DNA of 64,000 bases from Flavobacteriales bacterium (GTDB lineage: Bacteria > Bacteroidota > Bacteroidia > Flavobacteriales_F > PHOS-HE28): assembly GCA_013360395.1 (NCBI GenBank), contig JABWBQ010000012.1, positions 2,191-66,190 on the forward strand. The letters run 5' to 3'. The stretch's first letter is position 1. The number at the start of each line of letters is the position of its first letter. Made by a program: the position numbers and the translations under genes. The notes under the pieces are model-generated. The model was not told where the DNA came from. It was given only the letters and a program-made list of their open reading frames with translations, and searched no databases. This document shows, piece by piece, positions 51,018-60,300 of this stretch.

Positions 51018-51995
51018 TCACCGGGCCCGCAGGCCGAGGCGATCGCGCACACGGCCCAGGGTGGCGGCCGCCACGGTGCGTGCCTTGTCGGCGCCGATGC
51101 GCAGGCGGCGCTCCATCTCGCCGCGATCGGCCATCAACCGCGCGTAGGTCGCGCGCTCCTCGCGGAAGCCGTCGAGCAGGGCGGCGAGGAGTTCCTTCTT
51201 GGCGTGGCCGTAGCCGTAGCCGCCTGCGCGGAGCTTGCCGGCCATGTCGTCCGCCGCCCCGGCCGGGGCCACCAGCCTGAACAGCCGGTACACCGTGTTG
51301 GTGTCGGGGTCCTTGGGCGCCTCCAGCGGGGCGCTGTCGGTCACGATGCCCATCACCTCCTGCTTGAGCTCCTTCTCCGGGGCGAACAGGCGGATGAGGT
51401 TGCCGCGGCTCTTGCTCATCTTCTCCCCGTCGGTGCCCGGCACGATCATCACCGCCTCGTCGATCCGCGCCTCGGGCAGCACGAAGGTGTCGCCCATCTG
51501 GTGGTTGAAACGCTCGGCCACGTCGCGCGTGAACTCCAGGTGCTGCTTCTGGTCCTTGCCCACCGGCACCACCTCCGCATCGTACAGCAGGATGTCGGCG
51601 GCCATCAGCATGGGGTAGGTGAAGAGCCCGCCGTTCACGTCCTCCAGGCGGTCGGCCTTGTCCTTGAAGCTGTGCGCCAGCGCCAGCCGCGAATAGGGGA
51701 AGAAGCAGCTGAGGTACCAGGCCAGCTCGGTCACTTCGGGCACGTCGCTCTGGCGGTAGAAGACGGTGCGTTCCGGATCGAGCCCGCAGGCCAGCCAGGC
51801 GGCGGCCACCCGGTCGGTGTTCTCGCGCATGGTCACGGGGTCCTTCACCTGGGTGAGGGCGTGCAGGTCGGCGATGAAAAGGAAGGAGGAGCCTTGGGCC
51901 TTTTCGGCCATGGCGATGGCCGGGCGGATGGCCCCGAGCACGTTGCCCAGGTGCGGGGTGCCGGTGCTCTGGATGCCGGTGAGGACGCGGTTCAT
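51018..51995 (-). CDS. trpS: Tryptophan--tRNA ligase
   Basis: TGIQSTGTPHLGN (HIGH-like), YPMLMAADIL, VPVGKDQKQH and KMSKS motifs; ATG at 51995. Confidence 0.97.
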   Translation of the reverse strand: MNRVLTGIQSTGTPHLGNVLGAIRPAIAMAEKAQGSSFLFIADLHALTQVKDPVTMRENTDRVAAAWLACGLDPERTVFYRQSDVPEVTELAWYLSCFFPYSRLALAHSFKDKADRLEDVNGGLFTYPMLMAADILLYDAEVVPVGKDQKQHLEFTRDVAERFNHQMGDTFVLPEARIDEAVMIVPGTDGEKMSKSRGNLIRLFAPEKELKQEVMGIVTDSAPLEAPKDPDTNTVYRLFRLVAPAGAADDMAGKLRAGGYGYGHAKKELLAALLDGFREERATYARLMADRGEMERRLRIGADKARTVAAATLGRVRDRLGLRAR

Positions 51996-52007
51996 GGATC
52001 GGGCGCG

Positions 52008-52029
52008 CGAAGATAGCCGGTTAGCTTTG
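52008..52029. promoter_or_regulatory. Back-to-back -7 elements for divergent trpS and plsC-gatC
   Basis: TATCTTCG on minus (52008-52015) and TAGCTTTG on plus (52022-52029). Confidence 0.6.
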
Positions 52030-52046
52030 CGGCCTTTCGGCCGGCC

Positions 52047-52859
52047 ATGCCCGCGCACCCGCACCACCACCGCCCGGCGATCCGCACCGGGGAGGAGCGC
52101 CGCCATCCGGTGGCCCGGTGGCTTTTCGCGCCGCTGCGCCTGGCCTACAAACTGTGGTTCGGGCTCATGTTCTGGCTGAGCCTGCTAGTGCTCTACGTCC
52201 CTTTCAAGCTCGCCCTGCGCCGACCCAGCGGTTACCGCACGGCCTTCCGGCTGAAGCGTGCCTGGGGCGCCTTCCTCCAATGGGCGGGCCTCTTCCCCCA
52301 GCAGGTCACCTGGCACGGACGCCTGCCCGCCCCCCCGTATGTGGTGGTGAGCAACCACTCCAGCTACATCGACATCGTGCAGATGTTCAACCTGGTGCCG
52401 CACTACTTCCTGATGATGGGCAAGTACGAGCTGCAGCGCTGGCCCCTGTTCCGCATCTTCTTCAAGGGCATGGACATCGCCGTGAACCGCGGCAGCCGTG
52501 TGGAGGCCGCCCGGGCTTTCCGTCGCGCGGCCAAGGCGCTGGAGGGCGGGGCCTGCGTGGTGCTCTTCCCCGAGGGCACCATCCCCCACACGGTGCCCCG
52601 CATGAAGCCCTTCAAGGACGGGGCCTTCCGCCTGGCCATCGAGAAGCGCGTGCCCGTGGTGCCTGTCACGTTCGTGAACCATTGGCGGCTCTTCGGCGAC
52701 CCGGAGGACCTGCTGAGCCGCGGCCACCCGGGCATCAGCCGCGCCGTGGTGCACCCGCCCGTGACCACCGACGGCCTGGGCGAAGGCGATGTGGTAGCTT
52801 TGCGCCAACGCGTCTTCGCCCTCATCGAAGCGCCCCTGCTGGAGCATGAAGCTGGATGA
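52047..52859 (+). CDS. plsC: 1-acyl-sn-glycerol-3-phosphate acyltransferase (PlsC family)
   Basis: NHSSYID, FPEGT and FKDGAF motifs. Confidence 0.9.
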   Translation: MPAHPHHHRPAIRTGEERRHPVARWLFAPLRLAYKLWFGLMFWLSLLVLYVPFKLALRRPSGYRTAFRLKRAWGAFLQWAGLFPQQVTWHGRLPAPPYVVVSNHSSYIDIVQMFNLVPHYFLMMGKYELQRWPLFRIFFKGMDIAVNRGSRVEAARAFRRAAKALEGGACVVLFPEGTIPHTVPRMKPFKDGAFRLAIEKRVPVVPVTFVNHWRLFGDPEDLLSRGHPGISRAVVHPPVTTDGLGEGDVVALRQRVFALIEAPLLEHEAG

Positions 52860-53142
52860 CGCAGCCCTGGACCGCATCGCCGAACTGGCGCGGCTGGACT
52901 TCAGCGACCCCGACCGGCGGGCGGCCGTGCTGCGCGACATGGAGCGCGTGCTGGCCTTCGTGGAGCAGCTCAACACCGTGGACACCCGCGGGGTGGAACC
53001 CCTGGTGTTCATGACCGAGGAGGAGAACGTGCTGCGCGACGACGTGGCCCTGCCCGGCGTGAGCAAGCAGGATGCCCTGCGCAACGCCCCGGTGAAGGAC
53101 AGCGACTATTTCAAGGTGCCCCGCGTGGTGGACAAGGGCTGA
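52846..53142 (+). CDS. gatC: Asp-tRNA(Asn)/Glu-tRNA(Gln) amidotransferase subunit C
   Basis: IAELARL, VDTRGVEPL, LRDD and NAP...YFKVPRV motifs. Confidence 0.95.
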   Translation: MKLDDAALDRIAELARLDFSDPDRRAAVLRDMERVLAFVEQLNTVDTRGVEPLVFMTEEENVLRDDVALPGVSKQDALRNAPVKDSDYFKVPRVVDKG

Positions 53143-53148
53143 ACGCCC

Positions 53149-54060
53149 TCACCGGCGCAGCGGCGTGTCCACCGCCAGCGGCGACGTCAGCTCCCGGTCC
53201 GCTTCCTCCGTGGGTGCGGGGAACACCGTGTCGGTATCCCAACGTGCACGCGGCCGCCGTGCCAGGTCCCTGGCACCGTAGAGCAGGGGCAGCAGGGCAC
53301 AGAAGCTCATGAACACCCAGCTGTAAGCCACGATGAAGTGCTGGTCGCCGGTGACCGCCGGGAGCACCGGGGTGACGAAGAAGGCCGTGTTGCTGATGAT
53401 CTGCATCACCAACAGCACCAGGCCGCTGCGCGTCATGTTGTACGCCCAGGTGAGCATGATGCCCAGGCCCAGCATGCAACCCATGAACACCGGCACGGGG
53501 TAGCCCGGCGGGACCCCTTCGTCGATGATCAGCATCGGCAGGTACCACATGCCCCAGCTGAACCCGATGATCAGCGCCGATGTGAGCGCGTTGTACCGCA
53601 TCTGCAACCGGGTGACCCCGAACTTCATCCAGCTCGTCTCCTCCATGAGGGCGATGTAGATGATGGCGGGCAGGTTCACGGCCCAACCCTCCCAGAACCG
53701 GTCCACGTAGAAGCCGGGGAAGACGCCGTAGATCAGGAACACCGCCCCGATGGCCAGATAGGCGTTGATGAACTTCCAGGTGAAGGCCAGCAGGTACCAG
53801 CGCGCCGGCACCTTCCACCGGGTGTAGGCCGCGAACAGCTTGACCACGCCCTTGCCCCCTTCCAGGTACCAGGTGAGCACCAGGCAGACGAGCAGGGGGC
53901 CCAGCAGCCGCAGGCGGAAGAGGCCATGGGCCGTCGCATCCTCCGAGACATGCACACCTGGAGGCGTGATGACCTTCACCACACCCACCAGCCCCCATTG
54001 CAGGATCCAGGTGATCGCGATGAAAGTGAATACCGGATTTCTTGCGACGAATGCGCGCAT
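53149..54060 (-). CDS. CPBP/CAAX (Abi) family intramembrane protease homolog with degenerate motifs
   Basis: Multi-TM; EETSW..FG..RLQ and WGMWYLP, YNMTRS..L..MQ..SN align to the CPBP motifs. Confidence 0.75.
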   Translation of the reverse strand: MRAFVARNPVFTFIAITWILQWGLVGVVKVITPPGVHVSEDATAHGLFRLRLLGPLLVCLVLTWYLEGGKGVVKLFAAYTRWKVPARWYLLAFTWKFINAYLAIGAVFLIYGVFPGFYVDRFWEGWAVNLPAIIYIALMEETSWMKFGVTRLQMRYNALTSALIIGFSWGMWYLPMLIIDEGVPPGYPVPVFMGCMLGLGIMLTWAYNMTRSGLVLLVMQIISNTAFFVTPVLPAVTGDQHFIVAYSWVFMSFCALLPLLYGARDLARRPRARWDTDTVFPAPTEEADRELTSPLAVDTPLRR

Positions 54061-54079
54061 TTAACCGATGAATTGGCTG

Positions 54080-54123
54080 CGAATATAGACCAATGGTTCC
54101 AGTTGTCAACATTTTATTAACAA
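54080..54123 (-). promoter_or_regulatory. Promoter of the CPBP gene with an overlapping palindromic putative operator
   Basis: On minus: TTG (54107-54109), 19-nt spacer, TATATTCG (54080-54087). Palindrome TTGTCAACATTTTATTAACAA at 54103-54123. Confidence 0.6.
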
Positions 54124-54323
54124 GCCGGTCCCGATGAACACCGCACCCCAGGATGTTCCGGAGCGGACCGAACGGATGTTGTACACGGCCTTCGTTCGTT
54201 GGCCCGCGCCCTGACGATGCCGGAACGTGCTGGCTGTCCCGGCCTCGGGCATCGCCTTGGCGGCCGGGCCGGTCGGGTGGACCCGGCCTGCCAGTACCTT
54301 CGCGGCCCCCAGCCCCGGCACCC

Positions 54324-55517
54324 ATGTACGGCTCCCTCCAGCACCATCTGCAACGTGAACTGAAGGCCATCGACGAGGCCGGATTGTTCAAACGCGAACG
54401 CATCATCACCAGCGATCAGGGCGCGGAGATCACGGTGAACGGCAGGCAGGTGCTGAACTTCTGTGCCAACAACTACCTGGGCCTGTCCGCGCATCCCGAG
54501 GTGGTCCAAGCGGCGCATGCCACGCTCGACACCCACGGCTACGGCATGAGCAGCGTACGCTTCATTTGCGGCACGCAGGACATCCACAAGGAGCTCGAAC
54601 GCAAACTGGCGGAGTTCCACGGTACCGAGGACACCATCCTCTACGCCGCCTGTTTCGATGCCAACGGCGGGGTGTTCGAGCCCCTGCTGGGCGAGGAGGA
54701 TGCCATCATCAGCGATGCGCTCAACCATGCCAGCATCATCGACGGGGTGCGGCTGTGCAAGGCCCGGCGCTACCGCTATGCCAACAACGACATGGCCGAT
54801 CTGGAGCAGCAGCTCAAGACCGCCCGGGCGGAAGGCGCCCGCCACATCATCGTGGTCACCGACGGGGTTTTCAGCATGGACGGCATCATCGCCGACCTCC
54901 AGGGCGTGTGCGACCTGGCCGATCGCTACGAGGCCCTGGTGATGGTGGACGAATGCCATGCCGCAGGCTTCATCGGCCGGACCGGCCGGGGGAGCGTGGA
55001 GCATTGCGGGGTGATGGGCCGGGTGGACATCATCACCGGCACGCTCGGCAAGGCGCTGGGCGGTGCCATGGGCGGCTACACCACCGGGCGCAAGGAGATC
55101 ATCGAGATGCTGCGACAGCGCAGCCGGCCCTACCTCTTCAGCAATTCGCTGGCCCCGGCCATCGTGGGCGCGTCCATCAAGGTCATTGACCTGCTCAGCA
55201 AGAGCACCGCGCTGCGCGATCGTCTGGAACGCAACGTGGACCGCTTCCGCACCGGCATCGAAGCCCTGGGTTTCAAGACGCGCGGTGCAGGCGCCGCCAT
55301 CGTCCCGGTGATGCTCGGCGATGCCCGGCTGAGCCAGGTGATGGCCGACAAGCTGCTTGACGAAGGGATCTATGTGATCGGCTTCTTCTACCCCGTGGTG
55401 CCCAAGGACACCGCCCGGATCCGGGTGCAGCTCAGCGCCGCCCACACCGACGCGCATATCGACAAGGCGTTGGCCGCCTTCGGGAAGGTGGGCCGGGAAC
55501 TGGGCGTGCTGGCCTGA
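54324..55517 (+). CDS. kbl: Glycine C-acetyltransferase (2-amino-3-ketobutyrate CoA ligase)
   Basis: [37 protein letters not shown] and [11 protein letters not shown] motifs; ATG at 54324. Confidence 0.96.
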   Translation: MYGSLQHHLQRELKAIDEAGLFKRERIITSDQGAEITVNGRQVLNFCANNYLGLSAHPEVVQAAHATLDTHGYGMSSVRFICGTQDIHKELERKLAEFHGTEDTILYAACFDANGGVFEPLLGEEDAIISDALNHASIIDGVRLCKARRYRYANNDMADLEQQLKTARAEGARHIIVVTDGVFSMDGIIADLQGVCDLADRYEALVMVDECHAAGFIGRTGRGSVEHCGVMGRVDIITGTLGKALGGAMGGYTTGRKEIIEMLRQRSRPYLFSNSLAPAIVGASIKVIDLLSKSTALRDRLERNVDRFRTGIEALGFKTRGAGAAIVPVMLGDARLSQVMADKLLDEGIYVIGFFYPVVPKDTARIRVQLSAAHTDAHIDKALAAFGKVGRELGVLA

Positions 55518-55604
55518 TCGGGAGCGGTCGGTGAATACCGGCTTTCGTCATTTTTCCAGCTTAGAATTGCGTTATCCTCGTTCACCGTTCAACCCGTCCA
55601 TGGC

Positions 55605-57302
55605 ATGGTGCGGAAAACCGCCATCCTGGCGCTTCTCGTGGTCGCGGTGGGCAACTGCCTCCCCGCCCAGGACCTCGCAACCTTGGGCCAGCAGGACAAT
55701 TTCCGGCTGAGCGCGGGCCTGCAGGCACAGTTCACCTTTTACCAGGCGCACGGCATCGACCCGCGGCGCACGCCCTGGTCGTGGTCGCTCTGCGGCACGC
55801 CCACGGCCACCATCGCCGGTGTGGACCTACCCTTCCTGCTGGTGATCGGCGACCAGCAGCGCTCGTTCCAGCAGCCCTTCAACCAGTTCGGCATCAGCCC
55901 CAAGTACAAGTGGGCCAAGCTGCACCTGGGCTACCAGGACGTCAGTTTTTCCAAGTTCACCATGGCGGGCTACCGTGCACTGATGGCCGGCGTGGAACTG
56001 AACCCGGGGAAGTTCCGCTTCGGCTTCCTCTATGGCCGCTTCCAGAAGGCCGTGGAGGAGGACACCACCGCGGTGTACGACCCCGCGAAGTTCATCAGCG
56101 ACGTGCCCGTGCCGGCGTACGAGCGCAAGGGCTTCGCCGTAAAGGTGGGCGTGGGCACCGAGGAGGAGCACGTGGACCTGGTGCTGCTGCGTGCCAAGGA
56201 TGATCCGCGCTCCATCCGGCGGCCGGTGCGCACCGCCCTGGCCCCGGCGGGGAACCTGGTGGCCGGGCTGAAAGGCCGGGTGAAACTGGCGAAGGACCTG
56301 CATTGGGACTTCGATGTGGCGGCCAGCGGGTATGTGCGTGATCTGGAGGCCCCGGCCCTGACCGGCGAAACCGGGCCGATCGTCACGGTCGTGTCCAACA
56401 TCCTGGGGCCGAACACCAGCACCCAGGCGCTGATGGCCTTGGAGACAGGCTTGCAGCTCAAGCGGAAGCGCGCCCGGTACAAGCTCACCTACCGCCGGGT
56501 GGACCCTGACTTCAAGAGCATGGGCGCGTACTACCTGCAGACCGACGTGGAGCAGGTGACCGGCACGGTGACGGCCACCCTGCTCAAGGGCAGGCTCAGC
56601 ACCAACCTCACCGCAGGCTGGCAGCACAACAACCTGAAGAAGCTGCGCGAGGCCACCGCGCGGCGCATCATCGGCAACCTGGGCCTGAACTACCAAGCCA
56701 AGAAGGTCTTCGGCTGCCTGGTGAACTACACCAACTTCGGCATCACGCAGACACCGGAGCGCCGCAGCGTGAACGATACCACCCTGCTGGAACAGGTGAG
56801 CCAGAACCTGCTGGTGCAGCCGCGTGCCCGCTTCGCCGCGCCCAATGGCGGCCACGCCGTGTCGTACACGTTCAACTATTTCGCGCTCAGCGACCGCAGC
56901 GAGAACGCCTTCAGCAGCGCCCAGCTCACCGGGTTCCACAACGACCTGGCCTACACGCGCAACTGGAAATGGGCGCAGGCCACCCTCGGCGGCGGGTTGA
57001 TCTGGCGGCGCACGGAGAACTTCGCCGGGCGCATGGAAAGCCGGGGTGCGCACGCCGAGGCCGGCTGCGCCTGGCTGAAGAAGGACCGCCTGCGCACCGA
57101 GCTGCGCACCAGCTTCGTGGCCAATGCGCTGCCCGCCGGCGGCGACGGCAGCACCTGGCAATTGGACCTGCGCGCCACATGGCAGTTGGACAAGCTCGCC
57201 ATCACGCTCACCCTGGGCCATCAGGATAACCGAAGCCGCGATGCCACCGTGCCCTCCTTCACCGAGGACCTGGCGCAGCTCGGCGTCAATTACCGTTTCT
57301 GA
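55605..57302 (+). CDS. Putative outer-membrane beta-barrel protein
   Basis: Signal peptide, long run of amphipathic strands, QPFNQFGISPKYKW and YRRVDPDFKSMGAYY segments, C-terminal LGVNYRF (terminal Phe, BAM-type signal). Confidence 0.75.
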   Translation: MVRKTAILALLVVAVGNCLPAQDLATLGQQDNFRLSAGLQAQFTFYQAHGIDPRRTPWSWSLCGTPTATIAGVDLPFLLVIGDQQRSFQQPFNQFGISPKYKWAKLHLGYQDVSFSKFTMAGYRALMAGVELNPGKFRFGFLYGRFQKAVEEDTTAVYDPAKFISDVPVPAYERKGFAVKVGVGTEEEHVDLVLLRAKDDPRSIRRPVRTALAPAGNLVAGLKGRVKLAKDLHWDFDVAASGYVRDLEAPALTGETGPIVTVVSNILGPNTSTQALMALETGLQLKRKRARYKLTYRRVDPDFKSMGAYYLQTDVEQVTGTVTATLLKGRLSTNLTAGWQHNNLKKLREATARRIIGNLGLNYQAKKVFGCLVNYTNFGITQTPERRSVNDTTLLEQVSQNLLVQPRARFAAPNGGHAVSYTFNYFALSDRSENAFSSAQLTGFHNDLAYTRNWKWAQATLGGGLIWRRTENFAGRMESRGAHAEAGCAWLKKDRLRTELRTSFVANALPAGGDGSTWQLDLRATWQLDKLAITLTLGHQDNRSRDATVPSFTEDLAQLGVNYRF

Positions 57303-57304
57303 CC

Positions 57305-60300
57305 ATGAGACACAGGCTCCCCTCCCTGATCGCCGCGGCCCTGGTCACCGTCGCCGCGGCGGCGCAGACACAGATCTCCGTGATACCCGTGATCACGCCG
57401 CCCTACAGCACCCACCTCAGCGACTACCAGGGCGCGCTGATCGTGAACCTCACCAACACCACCAACGAGCAGGTGGCCCTGAAGCTCATCGGCACCCTCA
57501 CCGGCGACAACGGCTTCAGCGGCCACACGCGCAGCACCTACGCGCCCCCCGCACCGGTGGTGCTGGGCCCGCTGGAGACCCGCGTGCTGCAGGCCAATGC
57601 GCAGGCGATGGACTTCATCGACCCCAACAACTTCGAGGTCAACGCGCCGCAGCAGGTGCAGAACGCCGTGATCCAGACGGGCCTCCTGCCGGAGGGCAAC
57701 TACGAGTTCTGCGTGCAGGCCGTGGACTACCAAACGGGCGAGCCCTTGTCCGCCGAAGCGCCCGTGGGCTGCCTCTTCTTCCCCATCACCTACGCGCAGC
57801 CGCCGGTGCTCACCTTCCCCTGGTGCGACGGCACCGTGGGCGATCCCTGGCCGGTGTTCACCTGGAGCCCGCCGGTGGGCGCCATCAACATGGCCAACGT
57901 GCGCTACGACCTCTACGTGCTGGAGGTGCTGCCCGGGCAGAACCTCGTGAACGCGATGATGCTGGCCATGGACGGCGTGGCCGGCAACCCTATGGTGCGC
58001 ACGGACCTGTTGGTGCCTTCCTATCCGTGGCAGCCCTACGATCCGCCGTTGAAGGAGAATACCCTCTATGCCGTGGGCGTGGTGGCACGCGATGTAACGG
58101 GAAGCGTCCTCTTCGAGAACCGGGGGCGGAGCGAGGTGTGCACCTTCACCATACAGCCGCCGACCCCGACCACCGGCACGGGCGCCTCCGTTACCGGTCA
58201 GGGAATCAGCACGGTTGTTCCGGCGATCACCTTGCCCATCGGGCCGTTGCCGGACACGCATGTGAAGGGGCGGTTGCTGTACCGCTTCAAGGAAAGCACG
58301 CGCCCAGGCTGTGATCCGGCGGGGCCACTATCGATCGCGAACATCGGTGGGGTCATCCTCTCACCCAATGCCGCGGTAGGCCTCGCTGGCCTTCCGCCAT
58401 CGGCCGGGGGCGCAACTGGCCAAGGCACCAACACGGCGATGGCGGGTCCGTTGATCAACGCCATGGGCGCAGGCGCGGCGGGCGGCACCCTTTCCATGGG
58501 GGCGTTCATGGGCGCCTTCAACCAGTCCGGCGGCTCCTCGAGCTACAGCTATGGCATGGGCGAAAGCCTGATCGCGTCGGTGGGCATGGAGCTGATCAGC
58601 CTGTTCCCGCAGGACAAGTGGAAGGACCCCTTCCCCGTGAGCACCACCGGAGCGAAGCCCTTGAAGAACATCCCCATCAAACTGGTGGAGCATGTGGTGC
58701 TCACCAATGCCACCATTCACTACGGCCAAGGCCAGACCGTGGAGCGCGACCGTTTGATCCTCGGCGTGGATTCCCTGCCTTTCATGGGCGGTGCACTCAC
58801 CGGCCAGCAGGGTGATGCGGTGGAATGGCATTACGGCAAGGTGGTGGCCACGGGCACCACCGATGGCAACGGCAACTTCGACCTTTTCTACCACCAGCCC
58901 AGCTACACGGGCATCCACTTGGGCAGCTCGTCGGCGGGGATCAACAGCCTGATCATCGACCCCATCAGCCAGGAGCCGTTGATGCTGGGCTCCATCGATG
59001 CCCTCAACACTTCCAAGGTGCTGATGATCGAGGTGGCCTCGCCCTATTACTGCAGCCCCGACCTGGAGATCTACGCACAGCCCGGCGATGTGGTGGAACT
59101 ACCGGAACAGGCGTGCTACGTGCGCAGCTACGACCTGAAGGTGAGCGTTCGGCAGGGCCAATGCGCCATGCAGATGGGCGGCACCGGCTCGCCCATGGGG
59201 AACGTGCAGGTGAGCGTGATGCGCCCGGCGGACCATACGCCAACGGAGATCCCGGATGACGAAGGGCAGCACCTGGACCAAAGCATGCCGATGCCCGGCC
59301 TGGGCGATGTGCCGCTGGTGGCCCGGTGCGCCACCAAGGCCAGTGATGGCAGCGCGCTCTTCCACAACATGGTGGTGCACAGTGACGCCGCTCCCGACGA
59401 TTATTTGCTGGACTGCCGCACCAGCACTGAGCGCGGGCTTTACCACTACCTGTCGTGGAACAAGACCTGGCCCAACTGGTACGGCAAGCCGCCCGTGGTG
59501 CTTCACGGCGCACGCAGCCCGCTGAACAGCCAGCTGGGCGACATCCCCGTGTACGAGGTGCCCGTGGACCTGGTGCCGCTGCAGCCCCGCGTGATGGGCC
59601 GCGTGATGGTCTCCGCCACCGAGCCGCTGCCCAATGCGCTGGTCACCTTGAGGCTGGCCTACGATCCCGCGCCGGGCAACGTGTCCCCGGTGATCGTGGG
59701 CTGCGACCAGAACACCGGGACCGCCGACTTCACCTACTTGGAATACACACGGCTCACGGACCCGGACGGCTTCTTCGATTTCACCGGCATCCTGGTGAAG
59801 GGCTCCAGCGACGGCATGTTCTTCCTGGGCCCGCATGCCAGCATCCTGGTTTCCAAGCCGGGCTACTGGCCTGCCGTACGCCCTTTGGCCGGCGAACCGC
59901 CCGGTGTGCCGCCCGGGCAGGTGAACAACAGCAACCCCGCCAGCCCCAAAGTGGACCTGAAGATGGGCCTGCAGTGGGACATGACCAGCGGCATCCTGAT
60001 GAAACCCGTGGGCTGGGTGAAGGGCTTGATCCAGGATGAAGAGGGCCGGCCCGTGCGCTGCGATGTGCAGGTGGGCGATGGACCGTGGGGCCGGTCGGAG
60101 TTGATGATGGAAGTGGTGGGCACCACCGGCGGCGGTCAGGCGCCACCAAGCGGGAACACGAATGCGCCGCTGGTCCAGATGGGGGACCCGATCATTCCGT
60201 GGTTGTTCCAAGTGCCCGCTGCGGGCGGTGGGCAGAACGTGCAACCGGTGCTGCCGCAGGGGCAAACCCAGACCCAGGCGCCGTTGCTTGGGGCCGGCGG

